A stretch of 64,000 bases of DNA from an uncultured virus (IMG/VR IMGVR_UViG_3300045789_000880) (Duplodnaviria; Heunggongvirae; Uroviricota; Caudoviricetes), in the IMG/VR virus record IMGVR_UViG_3300045789_000880. One strand, given 5' to 3'. How positions within the stretch are numbered: position 1 is the first letter of the stretch; each line of letters begins with the position of its first letter. The translations under genes and the position numbers were made by a program. The notes beneath the pieces were generated by a model. It saw nothing but the letters and a program-made list of their open reading frames with translations, did not search any database and was not told the DNA's origin. Positions 37,423 through 47,422 of this stretch are shown here, piece after piece.

Positions 37423-38308
37423 AATAATACAGGATTACATAAAAATGATTTCAAGCTACGGTTCTCTTATATACAAAGAGGCAGAAAATAGCTGGAAAGG
37501 AATTAGTAAGGTACATCCTGAACCCAAAATAGTCCAAGACTATTTGCTATCTCAAGGAAAAGGAGTCGATTATTTAAATCATACTGTTTCAAAAAAAATA
37601 CTTGATGAAACCAGATATGAAATGAAATTTGCATCAGTTTATTGCCATAAAAAACCAACAATTCAAAGAACAGTTGATTCTAAGAAAAACTGCAAAGGAA
37701 GCAGTCCAGGTTGTGAACTTGGAGATCTTATGATTGTATTTGTTTTATTAGACAAGAATAAATCTATAGTGCATTCTACAGCCAAAATAATGCAGGCAAA
37801 AAAACACGACAAGTTAGACTCAGAATCGCAAAAGTGTTTATACGAATCTGATTTAGACTTTGAAATGCCCAATAATTTGGTATCACATTCTACTAATAAA
37901 AATAAGTTGAGGGTTTTACCCAATTTCAATGAAAATAGGCATAATGCGTTGTCGTATTTAATCATTAGACCACGATCTATTAAAACTGTTGCAATTCCTT
38001 ATCACTCTAATGTTCAAAACCAATGGGGATCTGAACTAAAAAATATAATGGAACTTAAAACAGGACTGAGTTTTAATCCTCCGAGAGACATTACAAGCAA
38101 TAACTGGGATTGTATTATCAATGATCTTTTAAATATTGGCAGAGGCTTAGTTAAAAGCTCCACAAAGCGTGGATACGGATTGGATTATTTTAAGGATAGA
38201 TTTAATTTTTTCTTATTTTTTCCTGAGTACAAGCAAGAAAATGAGTCAGAAGGAATGTCTCAACTGTTTGTTTTTTGTAAGGATACAGAGCTGTCTGTAA
38301 ATAATTGA
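37412..38308 (+). CDS. Putative restriction-endonuclease-fold protein
   Basis: CELGDLMIVF..KIMQAKK resembles a PD-(D/E/Q)xK active site. Confidence 0.5.
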   Translation: MKDKIIQDYIKMISSYGSLIYKEAENSWKGISKVHPEPKIVQDYLLSQGKGVDYLNHTVSKKILDETRYEMKFASVYCHKKPTIQRTVDSKKNCKGSSPGCELGDLMIVFVLLDKNKSIVHSTAKIMQAKKHDKLDSESQKCLYESDLDFEMPNNLVSHSTNKNKLRVLPNFNENRHNALSYLIIRPRSIKTVAIPYHSNVQNQWGSELKNIMELKTGLSFNPPRDITSNNWDCIINDLLNIGRGLVKSSTKRGYGLDYFKDRFNFFLFFPEYKQENESEGMSQLFVFCKDTELSVNN

Positions 38309-38454
38309 AATAATTGTACTTCACAATTAGTATAGTGTTTGCATACCAAAAAGCTATCTTTCTTCTTTCCAAAAAAATTACATTTAAATACTCAAATAAT
38401 GAGATATGTAATAACAATTTTTATCTTTAGAAATTGCAAATCAAAATTTCCATT

Positions 38455-38658
38455 ATGAACCGAATTAAAGAGGTTTTAGAGAAAAAAGGAATTAAACAAA
38501 AATGGTTAGCCCAGCAGCTAGGCAAAAGCTATAATATGGTTAACGCCTATGCGCAAAACAGACAGCAACCTAGGTTAGAGATTTTAAATAAAATCGCTGT
38601 TATCCTAAATGTTGACGTCAGAGAATTAATCGTACCGAACAAAATAACGAATGACTAA
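38455..38658 (+). CDS. XRE-family HTH regulator (R-M controller-like)
   Basis: MNRIKEVL..KQKWLAQQLGKSYNMVNAYAQNRQQP; overlaps hsdM. Confidence 0.85.
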   Translation: MNRIKEVLEKKGIKQKWLAQQLGKSYNMVNAYAQNRQQPRLEILNKIAVILNVDVRELIVPNKITND

Positions 38659-40807
38659 CGAACAATTAAAAGACCTAGAAGATAAGTTATGGGACAGTGC
38701 AAACGCACTACGTGCTTATGGTGGCCTTAAGGCAGCAGACTATGCAGTACCAGTACTGGGACTCATTTTTCTCAAGTTTGCAGATAATAAATATAGCCAG
38801 CACGAAACCCAAATCAATAAAATCTTAGCCGACGAAAAAGGCACGCGTGTAGAACGTAGTATCGATAAAGTAGCCATTGCAACCTGTGGTTTTTATTTAC
38901 CAGAAGAAGCCCGTTTTGACTACTTGCTCAACCTACCTGGAGACACTAGTCTGGCAACTGCCCTGCGTAAGGCAATGGAAGGCATAGAAAAATACCAAGA
39001 CGCAAAATTTCAAGACGTACTGCCTACCGAAGCATACTTTGAAATAGAAAAAAAGAAAGCAGATATACTACCGCAACTGCTCAAAAGCTTTAGTGACATT
39101 CCTAAAGATGCCTCTGGCGATGTTTTTGGGAAAATCTATGAATATTTCTTAGGAAAATTTGCTCTGAGCGAAGGACAAAAAGGTGGTGAGTTCTTTACAC
39201 CTACCTCTGTGGTGCGATTTATTGTAGAAGTCATAGAACCCTACAAAGGTAAAATATACGACCCAGCCTGCGGTTCTGGTGGGATGTTTGTACAATCTGC
39301 CACGTTTATAAGAGAAGCAAACCACGACCTAAACGATATTTACGTTTGCGGTCAGGAATATATGGGCGAGACCGTACGACTGGCAAAAATGAACTTACTG
39401 GTAAACAACCTACGTGGGCAAATTTATGAGACCAACTCCTATGAAAACGACCCACATAACAGTTATGGTAGTTTTGATTATGTAATGGCAAATCCACCAT
39501 TTAATGTCAAGTCTGTAAAGGAAAGCACCGTTAAAAATGATAAGCGATTTTACGAGTACGGCTTACCCAAAAATAAAGGCAAAAAAGATGATAAAATAAG
39601 TGATGCCAACTATTTATGGATTTCGCTATTTGCTACCTCATTAAACGCCACAGGTCGTGCAGGCTTTGTAATGCCTAACAGTGCCAGCGATGCCCGCAAC
39701 TCAGAGTATGAAATACGCAAGAAAATAGTAGATAGCGGCATTGTAGACTGTATGGTCAGTATGCCGTCTAATATGTTTTTTACCGTAACGCTGCCGGCTA
39801 CGCTTTGGTTTTTTGATAAGGCAAAAGTACAGACCGACCGTAAGGATAAAATCCTTTTTATAGATGCCCGCAATGTTTATAAACAGATAGACCGCGCGCA
39901 CCGTGAGTGGACAGAAGAAAACCAACTTAACCTTGCTGCCATCGTACGTCTGTATCGTGGCGAGCAAGAGCGTTACCTGTCATTAATTAATCAGTACATC
40001 ACAAAAGCACGCACCGCAAGTGAAGCTGTGCTACCACATAAAGAAGGCCTAGAAAAAGAATTAAAAAAGCTGGTAGATAACCTTACCGCTTACGCGAAAA
40101 CGTCTAAAGAAGAAAAACGCACGCCAGCAAAAAAGAAAGCGCTAGCCGAAACAGACTTTTACAACACGCTAGAAAATTACAAGCGCACACAGCCTGAAGC
40201 TAACGAAACACTCATTGAGGCTTCAATGTTTACCTCTGGGGAAGTACCTGTACTGAGCGGAGTCGACGTACCGCTAGATAACGAAGCACAAAAACAAGCA
40301 ACACCACATTTGCAGTGGAACGTTACCCAAAACAGTAATGACTCAGCTGCGATTAAAAAAGATATTAAAGCGATAACCGATTTATATAAAATAGCCGATA
40401 AAAACCTAAAGCTCAAAAGTGACAAACTATGGTCCAGTCACCACCTCTCACGAGCAGATAAACCGCTAGAAGAAGCGTTACAAGTCTACATAGAAGCGAT
40501 AGAGCAAGAAGCCTATTGGGTAGCACAGATTAGCTGGCTACAAGACCGTTTTCCAGATGCGGAATATAAAGATGTAGTGGGATTATGTAAGTTGGCAGAT
40601 AAAGTGGAGTATGTAGAGGAACAGGATTATTCTTTGAATGCAGGGCGTTATGTTGGCGTCGATATGGAATTATCAGACATTTCTGAAGAAGATTTTAATA
40701 CTAAAATGAATGAAAATGTCAATCTATTAAAGCACTTAACAAATTCATCCGTGGTTATTGAGAAACGCATTTTCAAAAACTTGAATACCTTGATTTATAA
40801 TGATTGA
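38651..40807 (+). CDS. hsdM: Type I R-M methyltransferase subunit
   Basis: GEFFTP, YDPACGSGG, ANPPFN, DYSLNAGRYVG. Confidence 0.95.
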   Translation: MTNEQLKDLEDKLWDSANALRAYGGLKAADYAVPVLGLIFLKFADNKYSQHETQINKILADEKGTRVERSIDKVAIATCGFYLPEEARFDYLLNLPGDTSLATALRKAMEGIEKYQDAKFQDVLPTEAYFEIEKKKADILPQLLKSFSDIPKDASGDVFGKIYEYFLGKFALSEGQKGGEFFTPTSVVRFIVEVIEPYKGKIYDPACGSGGMFVQSATFIREANHDLNDIYVCGQEYMGETVRLAKMNLLVNNLRGQIYETNSYENDPHNSYGSFDYVMANPPFNVKSVKESTVKNDKRFYEYGLPKNKGKKDDKISDANYLWISLFATSLNATGRAGFVMPNSASDARNSEYEIRKKIVDSGIVDCMVSMPSNMFFTVTLPATLWFFDKAKVQTDRKDKILFIDARNVYKQIDRAHREWTEENQLNLAAIVRLYRGEQERYLSLINQYITKARTASEAVLPHKEGLEKELKKLVDNLTAYAKTSKEEKRTPAKKKALAETDFYNTLENYKRTQPEANETLIEASMFTSGEVPVLSGVDVPLDNEAQKQATPHLQWNVTQNSNDSAAIKKDIKAITDLYKIADKNLKLKSDKLWSSHHLSRADKPLEEALQVYIEAIEQEAYWVAQISWLQDRFPDAEYKDVVGLCKLADKVEYVEEQDYSLNAGRYVGVDMELSDISEEDFNTKMNENVNLLKHLTNSSVVIEKRIFKNLNTLIYND

Positions 40808-42152
40808 CCTTAAACCAATTCCGATAACTGATCTTATAAGAGAAAAGAAGATATATATAGGTGATGGTTATAGAGCGAAAAATTCAGAACTGTCAGAAGA
40901 AGGTTTTCCTTTTGCACGTGCAGGAAATTTAAATGATGGTTTTCTTTTTGAAAATGCTGATTGTATTCCCTATTCAGAAATTGATAAAGTTGGTAATAAA
41001 ATTAGCGAAGTTGGTGACATCGCCTTTACCTCAAAGGGAACAATTGGAAGATTTGGTTTTGTAAAAGAAACCACGCCACAATTTGTATACTCGCCGCAAA
41101 TTTGTTTTTGGCGTTCCTTAGATAATAAGGTTATTCAACGAAAATACCTTTATTATTGGATGAATAGCTACCTTTTTCTGAATCAAGTATCAGCTGTATC
41201 AGGACAAACAGATATGGCTGCCTATGTTAATTTAAGAGACCAAAGGAAAATGACTCTTCATTTACCAGAACTTATAACCCAACAAAAAATAGCCTCAATC
41301 CTTTCTGATTACGACGAACTCATAGAAAACAACAATCAGCGCATCCAGCTATTAGAAGAGATGGCAAGCGAAATCTATAAAGAATGGTTTGTACGCTTAC
41401 GTTTTCCTGGGTATGAAAATGGTGTTTTTAAAGATAAAGATGGAAAGGTAGTAGATAGAGAAAGTGACGGAGCGTTGCCTGATGGATGGAATTTAAGACA
41501 GATAAATGATTTTGGAAAGGTCATTACAGGAAAAACACCATCAAAAAAAGTAGAAGATTATTTCGGCTCTAATGTTCCATTTATCAAAACACCTGATATG
41601 AGTCAAGGTTTATATTTTATCAAAACAGATGAAGCACTGTCTCATAAAGGTGCAAACAGTCAGAAAAATCAATATATTCCAAAAAATTCTATTTGTATTA
41701 GTTGTATTGGTACAGTTGGTAAAATAGGTGTTACAGTAGAACAAAGTCAAACAAATCAACAAATTAATAGCCTCATTCCTGATCAACCAGAATATTTAGA
41801 ATATTTATATTTTACTTTAATAAGAATGAAGCCTGTGATAGAAAGCTATGCGGCTACAGGTGCTACTATGGCAAATTTAAGCAAGAGTAAGTTTGAAAAT
41901 TTAAGGTTAGTTCATCCTGCTAAAAAATTTGTAAGTCAATTTCATAACATCGTAAATCCATTTTTTGAGGAAATTAAAATACTCCTTCAAAAAAACCAAG
42001 TCCTTCAAGAAACCAGAGATTTACTATTGCCACGCTTAATAAGTGGTAAACTATCTGTCGAGCATTTGCTTAATGAGACCTATGAGCATAAAGAAGCGAT
42101 AAGAACTGCTGCAGAGCCAGCTGCGGTGTATGAAACAAAAAGTATCAAATAG
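40800..42152 (+). CDS. hsdS: Type I R-M specificity subunit
   Basis: Two TRDs, QQKIASILS..IENN spacer, RDLLLPRLISG. Confidence 0.95.
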   Translation: MIDLKPIPITDLIREKKIYIGDGYRAKNSELSEEGFPFARAGNLNDGFLFENADCIPYSEIDKVGNKISEVGDIAFTSKGTIGRFGFVKETTPQFVYSPQICFWRSLDNKVIQRKYLYYWMNSYLFLNQVSAVSGQTDMAAYVNLRDQRKMTLHLPELITQQKIASILSDYDELIENNNQRIQLLEEMASEIYKEWFVRLRFPGYENGVFKDKDGKVVDRESDGALPDGWNLRQINDFGKVITGKTPSKKVEDYFGSNVPFIKTPDMSQGLYFIKTDEALSHKGANSQKNQYIPKNSICISCIGTVGKIGVTVEQSQTNQQINSLIPDQPEYLEYLYFTLIRMKPVIESYAATGATMANLSKSKFENLRLVHPAKKFVSQFHNIVNPFFEEIKILLQKNQVLQETRDLLLPRLISGKLSVEHLLNETYEHKEAIRTAAEPAAVYETKSIK

Positions 42153-42155
42153 TAA

Positions 42156-42178
42156 TTGTCCCTCATTTTGGGGGACAA
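42156..42178. repeat. Short hairpin between hsdS and the yhcG-like gene
   Basis: TTGTCCCTCA-TTT-TGGGGGACAA. Confidence 0.5.
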
Positions 42179-42193
42179 ATCAAAATACAGCAA

Positions 42194-43252
42194 ATGAAAT
42201 ATAATAAAGAAATGGAGTTGTCTTATACAGCTTGGTATAAAGAAGTTCACGAACATATTGCTACTGCGCGCTTACAAACCAGTTTAACGGTAAATGCTGC
42301 ATTACTACAATTGTATTTTGATATAGGTAAAAATATACTCGATGTGCAAGAGCGATTAGGCTGGGGCGCTCAAATAATAGATAAACTTGCGAGATACATA
42401 AAAGCGCAAGAACCAGATGCAAAAGGCTTTTCTGTTCGTAATCTTAAGTATATGCGCTCTTTTGCTGCGGCATATCCTCATTTTCCAAATGTGCAAGCAC
42501 CACTTGCACAAAACCAAAAATCAGTTGTGCAAGTGCCACTTGCACAAATTCCGTGGTACCATCATATCAGTTTGCTTACCAAAGTAAAAGACGAGACAGA
42601 GCGATTGTTTTACATCAGAGAAACCATAAAAAATGGCTGGAGTAGAAACCAGATGTTATTACAAATTAAATCTCAATTACACGAGCGACAAGGCACAGCG
42701 ATTTCAAACTTTAAAGACACGTTGCCAGCAACACAGTCAGACCTCGTGCAACAAACCATAAAAGACCCTTATGTGTTTGATTTCTTAACGCTAGATGCAA
42801 AAACAAGAGAGCTAGATATAGAAAATCAGCTCGTAGATAATGTGTCTAAGTTTTTGCTAGAACTCGGTAAAGGCTTTGCATTTATAGGCAGGCAATACCA
42901 TCTAGAAGTAGCGCAACAAGACTATTACCTAGACTTATTATTCTACCACGTAACCTTAAAATGTTACGTGGTTATAGAATTAAAAAACACCAAGTTTATT
43001 CCAGAATATGCAGGTAAACTCAACTTTTACCTTTCTGCGGTAGATGATACTTTAAAGCAAGACAGCGACCAGCCATCCATAGGGATATTATTGTGCAGAG
43101 ATAAGAATAACCTTGAAGTAGAATTCTCCCTACGTGGTATGAGCCAGCCCATAGGCGTTAGCGAGTTTAACCTTACTGACGTATTACCAGAAGAACTAAA
43201 AAGCAGCTTACCTACCATAGAAGAATTAGAAAACGAATTAGAGCAGGAATAA
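42194..43252 (+). CDS. YhcG/DUF1016 PD-(D/E)xK nuclease-domain protein
   Basis: GFSVRNLKYMR, KDPYVFDFL, ELGKGFAFIGRQ, DLLFYH..VIELK. Confidence 0.92.
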   Translation: MKYNKEMELSYTAWYKEVHEHIATARLQTSLTVNAALLQLYFDIGKNILDVQERLGWGAQIIDKLARYIKAQEPDAKGFSVRNLKYMRSFAAAYPHFPNVQAPLAQNQKSVVQVPLAQIPWYHHISLLTKVKDETERLFYIRETIKNGWSRNQMLLQIKSQLHERQGTAISNFKDTLPATQSDLVQQTIKDPYVFDFLTLDAKTRELDIENQLVDNVSKFLLELGKGFAFIGRQYHLEVAQQDYYLDLLFYHVTLKCYVVIELKNTKFIPEYAGKLNFYLSAVDDTLKQDSDQPSIGILLCRDKNNLEVEFSLRGMSQPIGVSEFNLTDVLPEELKSSLPTIEELENELEQE

Positions 43253-43256
43253 TATA

Positions 43257-45089
43257 ATGAGCAGTACAACCGCATTTATAGAATTATTTGGAAAAAACTT
43301 TGTGATACCTCATTATCAAAGAGGATATCGCTGGGAAGAACAAGAGGTAAGAGAATTACTAGATGACATATGGTATTTCTCGAAAAAAGCAAACAATGGT
43401 GAGTTTTACTGTCTACAACCTATAGTTGTTCAGAAAACAAAAGACGGTGAAGACTCTTATAATGTTCTTGATGGACAGCAAAGACTTACAACGCTTTTTC
43501 TCATAATCACTTATTTAGAAGAACGAAGGTTTGAAGATGGATACAATCAAGAACTTTTTACACTCAATTATGAGACTAGACCAGAAAGTGAAAGTTATCT
43601 AAAAAAAGGCCAATTCAGAGATGAAATTAACGATTCTAATATTGATTTTTATCATATCTCTAATAGCTACGATTATATAAAAAAGTGGTTTTCAAGTCAC
43701 GCAGGAGCAAAAAATAAATTAATTCCTATTCTTCTGGACGATACTGATATAGGCAACAAAAACATACGCTTTATATGGTATGAAGTAGCAGCGACTACAA
43801 ACCCGATAGACGTGTTCATTCGCCTTAATGTTGGTAAGATACCGCTTACAGACGCAGAGCTAATTAAAGCCTTATTATTACAAAGTGATAAATACACTGA
43901 AGAGGAATTGCCTTTTAATAAAATGAGATTGTTTCAGATTGCTTCAGAATGGGACAATATAGAATACACCTTGCAGAATGAAGAGTTTTGGTTCTTTTTA
44001 AATAATTCTGGAAATACAAAAGCGACACATATTGAATTTATTTTTGATGCCATTGCGAACAAGATTTTGAAGGAAAGAAAATACTTTGATTCTAAAAACT
44101 TTAAGCACGCAACGTTTTTAATATTATCAGAATACTTAGACGATATTATTACGAATGAAGATTACTCAAGAATAGATGCGATAAAACATATTTGGGAAAA
44201 AGTTATTGAATACTTTGAGTATTATAAAGAGTGGTTTAATAATCGAAAACTATACCATTACATAGGTTACTTAATTGAAGTAAAAGGCACATCAATAATT
44301 GACGTATTGATCACTCAATCAAAGAGTCTAACAAAAAATGACTTTGAAAATTACTTAATAGAAGAGATAGGAAAAATTATTCGTGTTTCAAAAGTCAGGA
44401 AGAACAAGAACGGTGAAGAAATTAAAGTAGGCTTAAAAGATTTAGGTTATGAAAATGAAGATAGTAGTAATGATAAGCCATTAATAACTAGCATTCTTCT
44501 ACTCCATAATGTAGTAAGCACTCTAAACTCAGAAAAGGAAAAAGCTAAATTTCCATTTCATTTATACAAGAAAACGACTGGAAATGAAAAATGGAGCTTA
44601 GAGCACATTCACGCTCAGAACGCAAATTCAATATCAAACGCTGACCATCAAAACACTTGGCTAAGTGACCATATCAAATCTTTAAAAAATCTTGGTAAGC
44701 CCATTTATAAAGAGCTCTTAAAGCAGATGAAAAATGCACTTAAAAATGAAGATTTAGAAAAAGAATCATTTGAGGCTATTTATAGTGAAGTTTATAAATT
44801 AATGAATAAAGAATCTGGTCTTGATGAGGCTAACACGCATCTCATAGAAAATCTGTGTTTGATAGATAAAAACACCAATAGTCAATTAAATAATTCGGTA
44901 TTTGATGTAAAACGAGAAAAAATAAAAAAGAGAGAGCTTCAAGGATTTTATATACCTATCTGCTCCAGAAACGTTTTTCTTAAAGCGTATACAGATTATC
45001 CAAAAAATAATGCCTACTGGTCAAAGCAAGACCGCAAAGGATATTTAAAAAGTATAAAGAAAACGTACAAAACCTTTGTAAAAGAATAA
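43257..45089 (+). CDS. DUF262 + HNH (DUF1524-like) GmrSD-like protein
   Basis: IPHYQRGYRW, DGQQRLTT, FIRLNVG; LEHIHAQN..NLCL..NSQLNN. Confidence 0.88.
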   Translation: MSSTTAFIELFGKNFVIPHYQRGYRWEEQEVRELLDDIWYFSKKANNGEFYCLQPIVVQKTKDGEDSYNVLDGQQRLTTLFLIITYLEERRFEDGYNQELFTLNYETRPESESYLKKGQFRDEINDSNIDFYHISNSYDYIKKWFSSHAGAKNKLIPILLDDTDIGNKNIRFIWYEVAATTNPIDVFIRLNVGKIPLTDAELIKALLLQSDKYTEEELPFNKMRLFQIASEWDNIEYTLQNEEFWFFLNNSGNTKATHIEFIFDAIANKILKERKYFDSKNFKHATFLILSEYLDDIITNEDYSRIDAIKHIWEKVIEYFEYYKEWFNNRKLYHYIGYLIEVKGTSIIDVLITQSKSLTKNDFENYLIEEIGKIIRVSKVRKNKNGEEIKVGLKDLGYENEDSSNDKPLITSILLLHNVVSTLNSEKEKAKFPFHLYKKTTGNEKWSLEHIHAQNANSISNADHQNTWLSDHIKSLKNLGKPIYKELLKQMKNALKNEDLEKESFEAIYSEVYKLMNKESGLDEANTHLIENLCLIDKNTNSQLNNSVFDVKREKIKKRELQGFYIPICSRNVFLKAYTDYPKNNAYWSKQDRKGYLKSIKKTYKTFVKE

Positions 45090-45093
45090 ATCT

Positions 45094-47418
45094 ATGACTT
45101 ACACTTTATATCAATTATTAGAAAATAATACGGTCAAGATTCCACTGATTCAAAGAGATTATGCTCAAGGTAGAACTTCAGTGAGAGATTTACGAAACAG
45201 CTTCATTGAGAAGATTAAAAAAGTTATCAATAACGAAGATGAAAAATTAAATCTTGACTTTGTCTACGGCTATACAGCTAAAAGCGAAAAGGATAAAACC
45301 GATTTTATACCGTTAGATGGACAACAACGCCTTTCCACCTTATGGTTATTGCATTGGTATTTTGCCTGTAGAGAAGTAGCTGTATCCACGACTAAAGAAA
45401 ATACAATCCCTAGCATACTTTCAAAATTTACATACGAGACAAGAATATCATCGACTCGTTTTTGTGAAAAACTGGTGTCAAACCCTATAAATATTGAGGA
45501 AATTAATGGCTCTCTTAGAGATAGTATAGTCAATATGCCCTGGTTTATGTCGTCCTGGAAGAATGACCCAACCATAATGGCAATGCTTATAATGCTTGAC
45601 ACAATACATGAGAAGTTAAAGGATTGTGATAACGGTTGGTATAAATTGACCAATCAAAATGTCATAACATTTGATTATATCGATATCAAATCAAACGAGT
45701 TTAAGCTTACTGACGAGTTATATATCAAAATGAATTCAAGAGGAAAACCACTTACTCCTTTTGAAAATTTTAAGGCTATATTCTCACAGCTTTTAAGTGA
45801 AAAAGGGACTGATTATTACAATGAAAAATTATCTTATGAAAATAGCAAAGTTTCTTACCAACAATATTTTGCTTTTCTCGTAGATGGTAAATGGACAGAT
45901 TTATTTTGGGATTATAGAGAGATGACTGAAAGTTCTTTAGATAGTAATTTTCTTAATTTCTTTTATTATGTGGCAGAAATGCTCCACTATTCACAGAATA
46001 AAGAAAGTAGTTTTGAAAGAAATTTTGAGTCTCTAAAAAAAACCTACTCAAAGAAATCTAATGTTGATTTTTTATTCAATTCTCTCAATTTTTTATCTGA
46101 GTTGGATGATATTCAGGATTTCTTTAATTCCATTTTTAGTACAAATTCTTATCAAGAAAATAAGGTTTTACTTTTTGATGAAAACAAAACAGATTTATTC
46201 TTAAAATCATTTTCAAATAGCTCATTTGATGTTCAGCAACGTGTGTTGCTATTTGGGATATTACATTTATGCATAGAAATTAGCGCAACCACTGGAGATT
46301 TTAGAATTACTGATTTCACTCGGATATTAAGGAACCTTTTATTGAGAGTTCGACAGCCAAATGCATCTAAAAGGATAGAAATAATGTCAAATCTTAGATT
46401 GCCTAGTTTCTTCGACTATTCCAAATTTGTCTTCGAATACATTAATAAAATTAAAGAAAATTCTTCAGAAAATGTGTTTAAAACGTTTATTGACAAATCT
46501 TACAAAGGTTTTACGAAAGATGCGATTGCATCAGAACAAAGCAAAATAAGATTAATATTAGATAATCCTCTTTCTAAAAAAGCCATACTCAAATTAGATG
46601 ATCATAAGTACATTCAAGGTATTCCAGATGTCTTCAATCTTGAAGTTGCTGACATCACAGCGTATGTTGAGGCTTTCTATACTTTATGGAGTTTAGATGA
46701 AATAAATAACTCGCAATTAGTGAGAGCTTTACTAACTAAAGGAAACTTTTCGGTACAAACTCATTACTATTCTAGTTTAGGAGCTATAAGGTATTTTGGA
46801 GCTGATGGTTACTGGAATCGGGTTTTAGCGCCTCTTGATAAAGATGAATTAATTCAAAATAAATTAACTATTAATGCATTTCTAAAAGATTACATTTCCT
46901 CAAAAAAGACAACAGTAAAAGAAAAGATATCTGAAATAATCAGTAATTATTCGTTAAAAGAAAAAGATTGGAGATACTATTTCATTAATTACAGCCAGAT
47001 AACATCAAGTCATTATGATAGATTCAATCTATTCACTTGGGGTGACAATGATGGTTTTAATATTAATAGTTTAGGTAATTCGGGAAAACAACCGTTGGCC
47101 TCTTATCATATTAATCCATATTTAATATCCATTGAAAAAAAACTGCTCGAACAAGGAATTAAATCACAGAAAGTTAAAATCTGGTCTGGTAGATATACAG
47201 ATGACATAAGTTGTTTAGCCTTACCTAGCAAAGTTCAATTTTATGCAAGCTATGGTTGTTATGAAATTTATAATCTCAAGAATCACAAGGGTTTTGAAAC
47301 TTTGAAAAAAGAATTCAATTTAGAAGGCGAAGATTCTTTTCACATTCTTCGAGAGACAGAGGAAAAAGATAAAATTGAAATTGCAGTCGATTTCTGCAAA
47401 CGATTAATAGAATTATAA
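45094..47418 (+). CDS. DUF262 protein
   Basis: IPLIQRDYAQGR, DGQQRLSTL, YIKMNSRGKPLT. Confidence 0.88.
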   Translation: MTYTLYQLLENNTVKIPLIQRDYAQGRTSVRDLRNSFIEKIKKVINNEDEKLNLDFVYGYTAKSEKDKTDFIPLDGQQRLSTLWLLHWYFACREVAVSTTKENTIPSILSKFTYETRISSTRFCEKLVSNPINIEEINGSLRDSIVNMPWFMSSWKNDPTIMAMLIMLDTIHEKLKDCDNGWYKLTNQNVITFDYIDIKSNEFKLTDELYIKMNSRGKPLTPFENFKAIFSQLLSEKGTDYYNEKLSYENSKVSYQQYFAFLVDGKWTDLFWDYREMTESSLDSNFLNFFYYVAEMLHYSQNKESSFERNFESLKKTYSKKSNVDFLFNSLNFLSELDDIQDFFNSIFSTNSYQENKVLLFDENKTDLFLKSFSNSSFDVQQRVLLFGILHLCIEISATTGDFRITDFTRILRNLLLRVRQPNASKRIEIMSNLRLPSFFDYSKFVFEYINKIKENSSENVFKTFIDKSYKGFTKDAIASEQSKIRLILDNPLSKKAILKLDDHKYIQGIPDVFNLEVADITAYVEAFYTLWSLDEINNSQLVRALLTKGNFSVQTHYYSSLGAIRYFGADGYWNRVLAPLDKDELIQNKLTINAFLKDYISSKKTTVKEKISEIISNYSLKEKDWRYYFINYSQITSSHYDRFNLFTWGDNDGFNINSLGNSGKQPLASYHINPYLISIEKKLLEQGIKSQKVKIWSGRYTDDISCLALPSKVQFYASYGCYEIYNLKNHKGFETLKKEFNLEGEDSFHILRETEEKDKIEIAVDFCKRLIEL

Positions 47419-47422
47419 GTAA

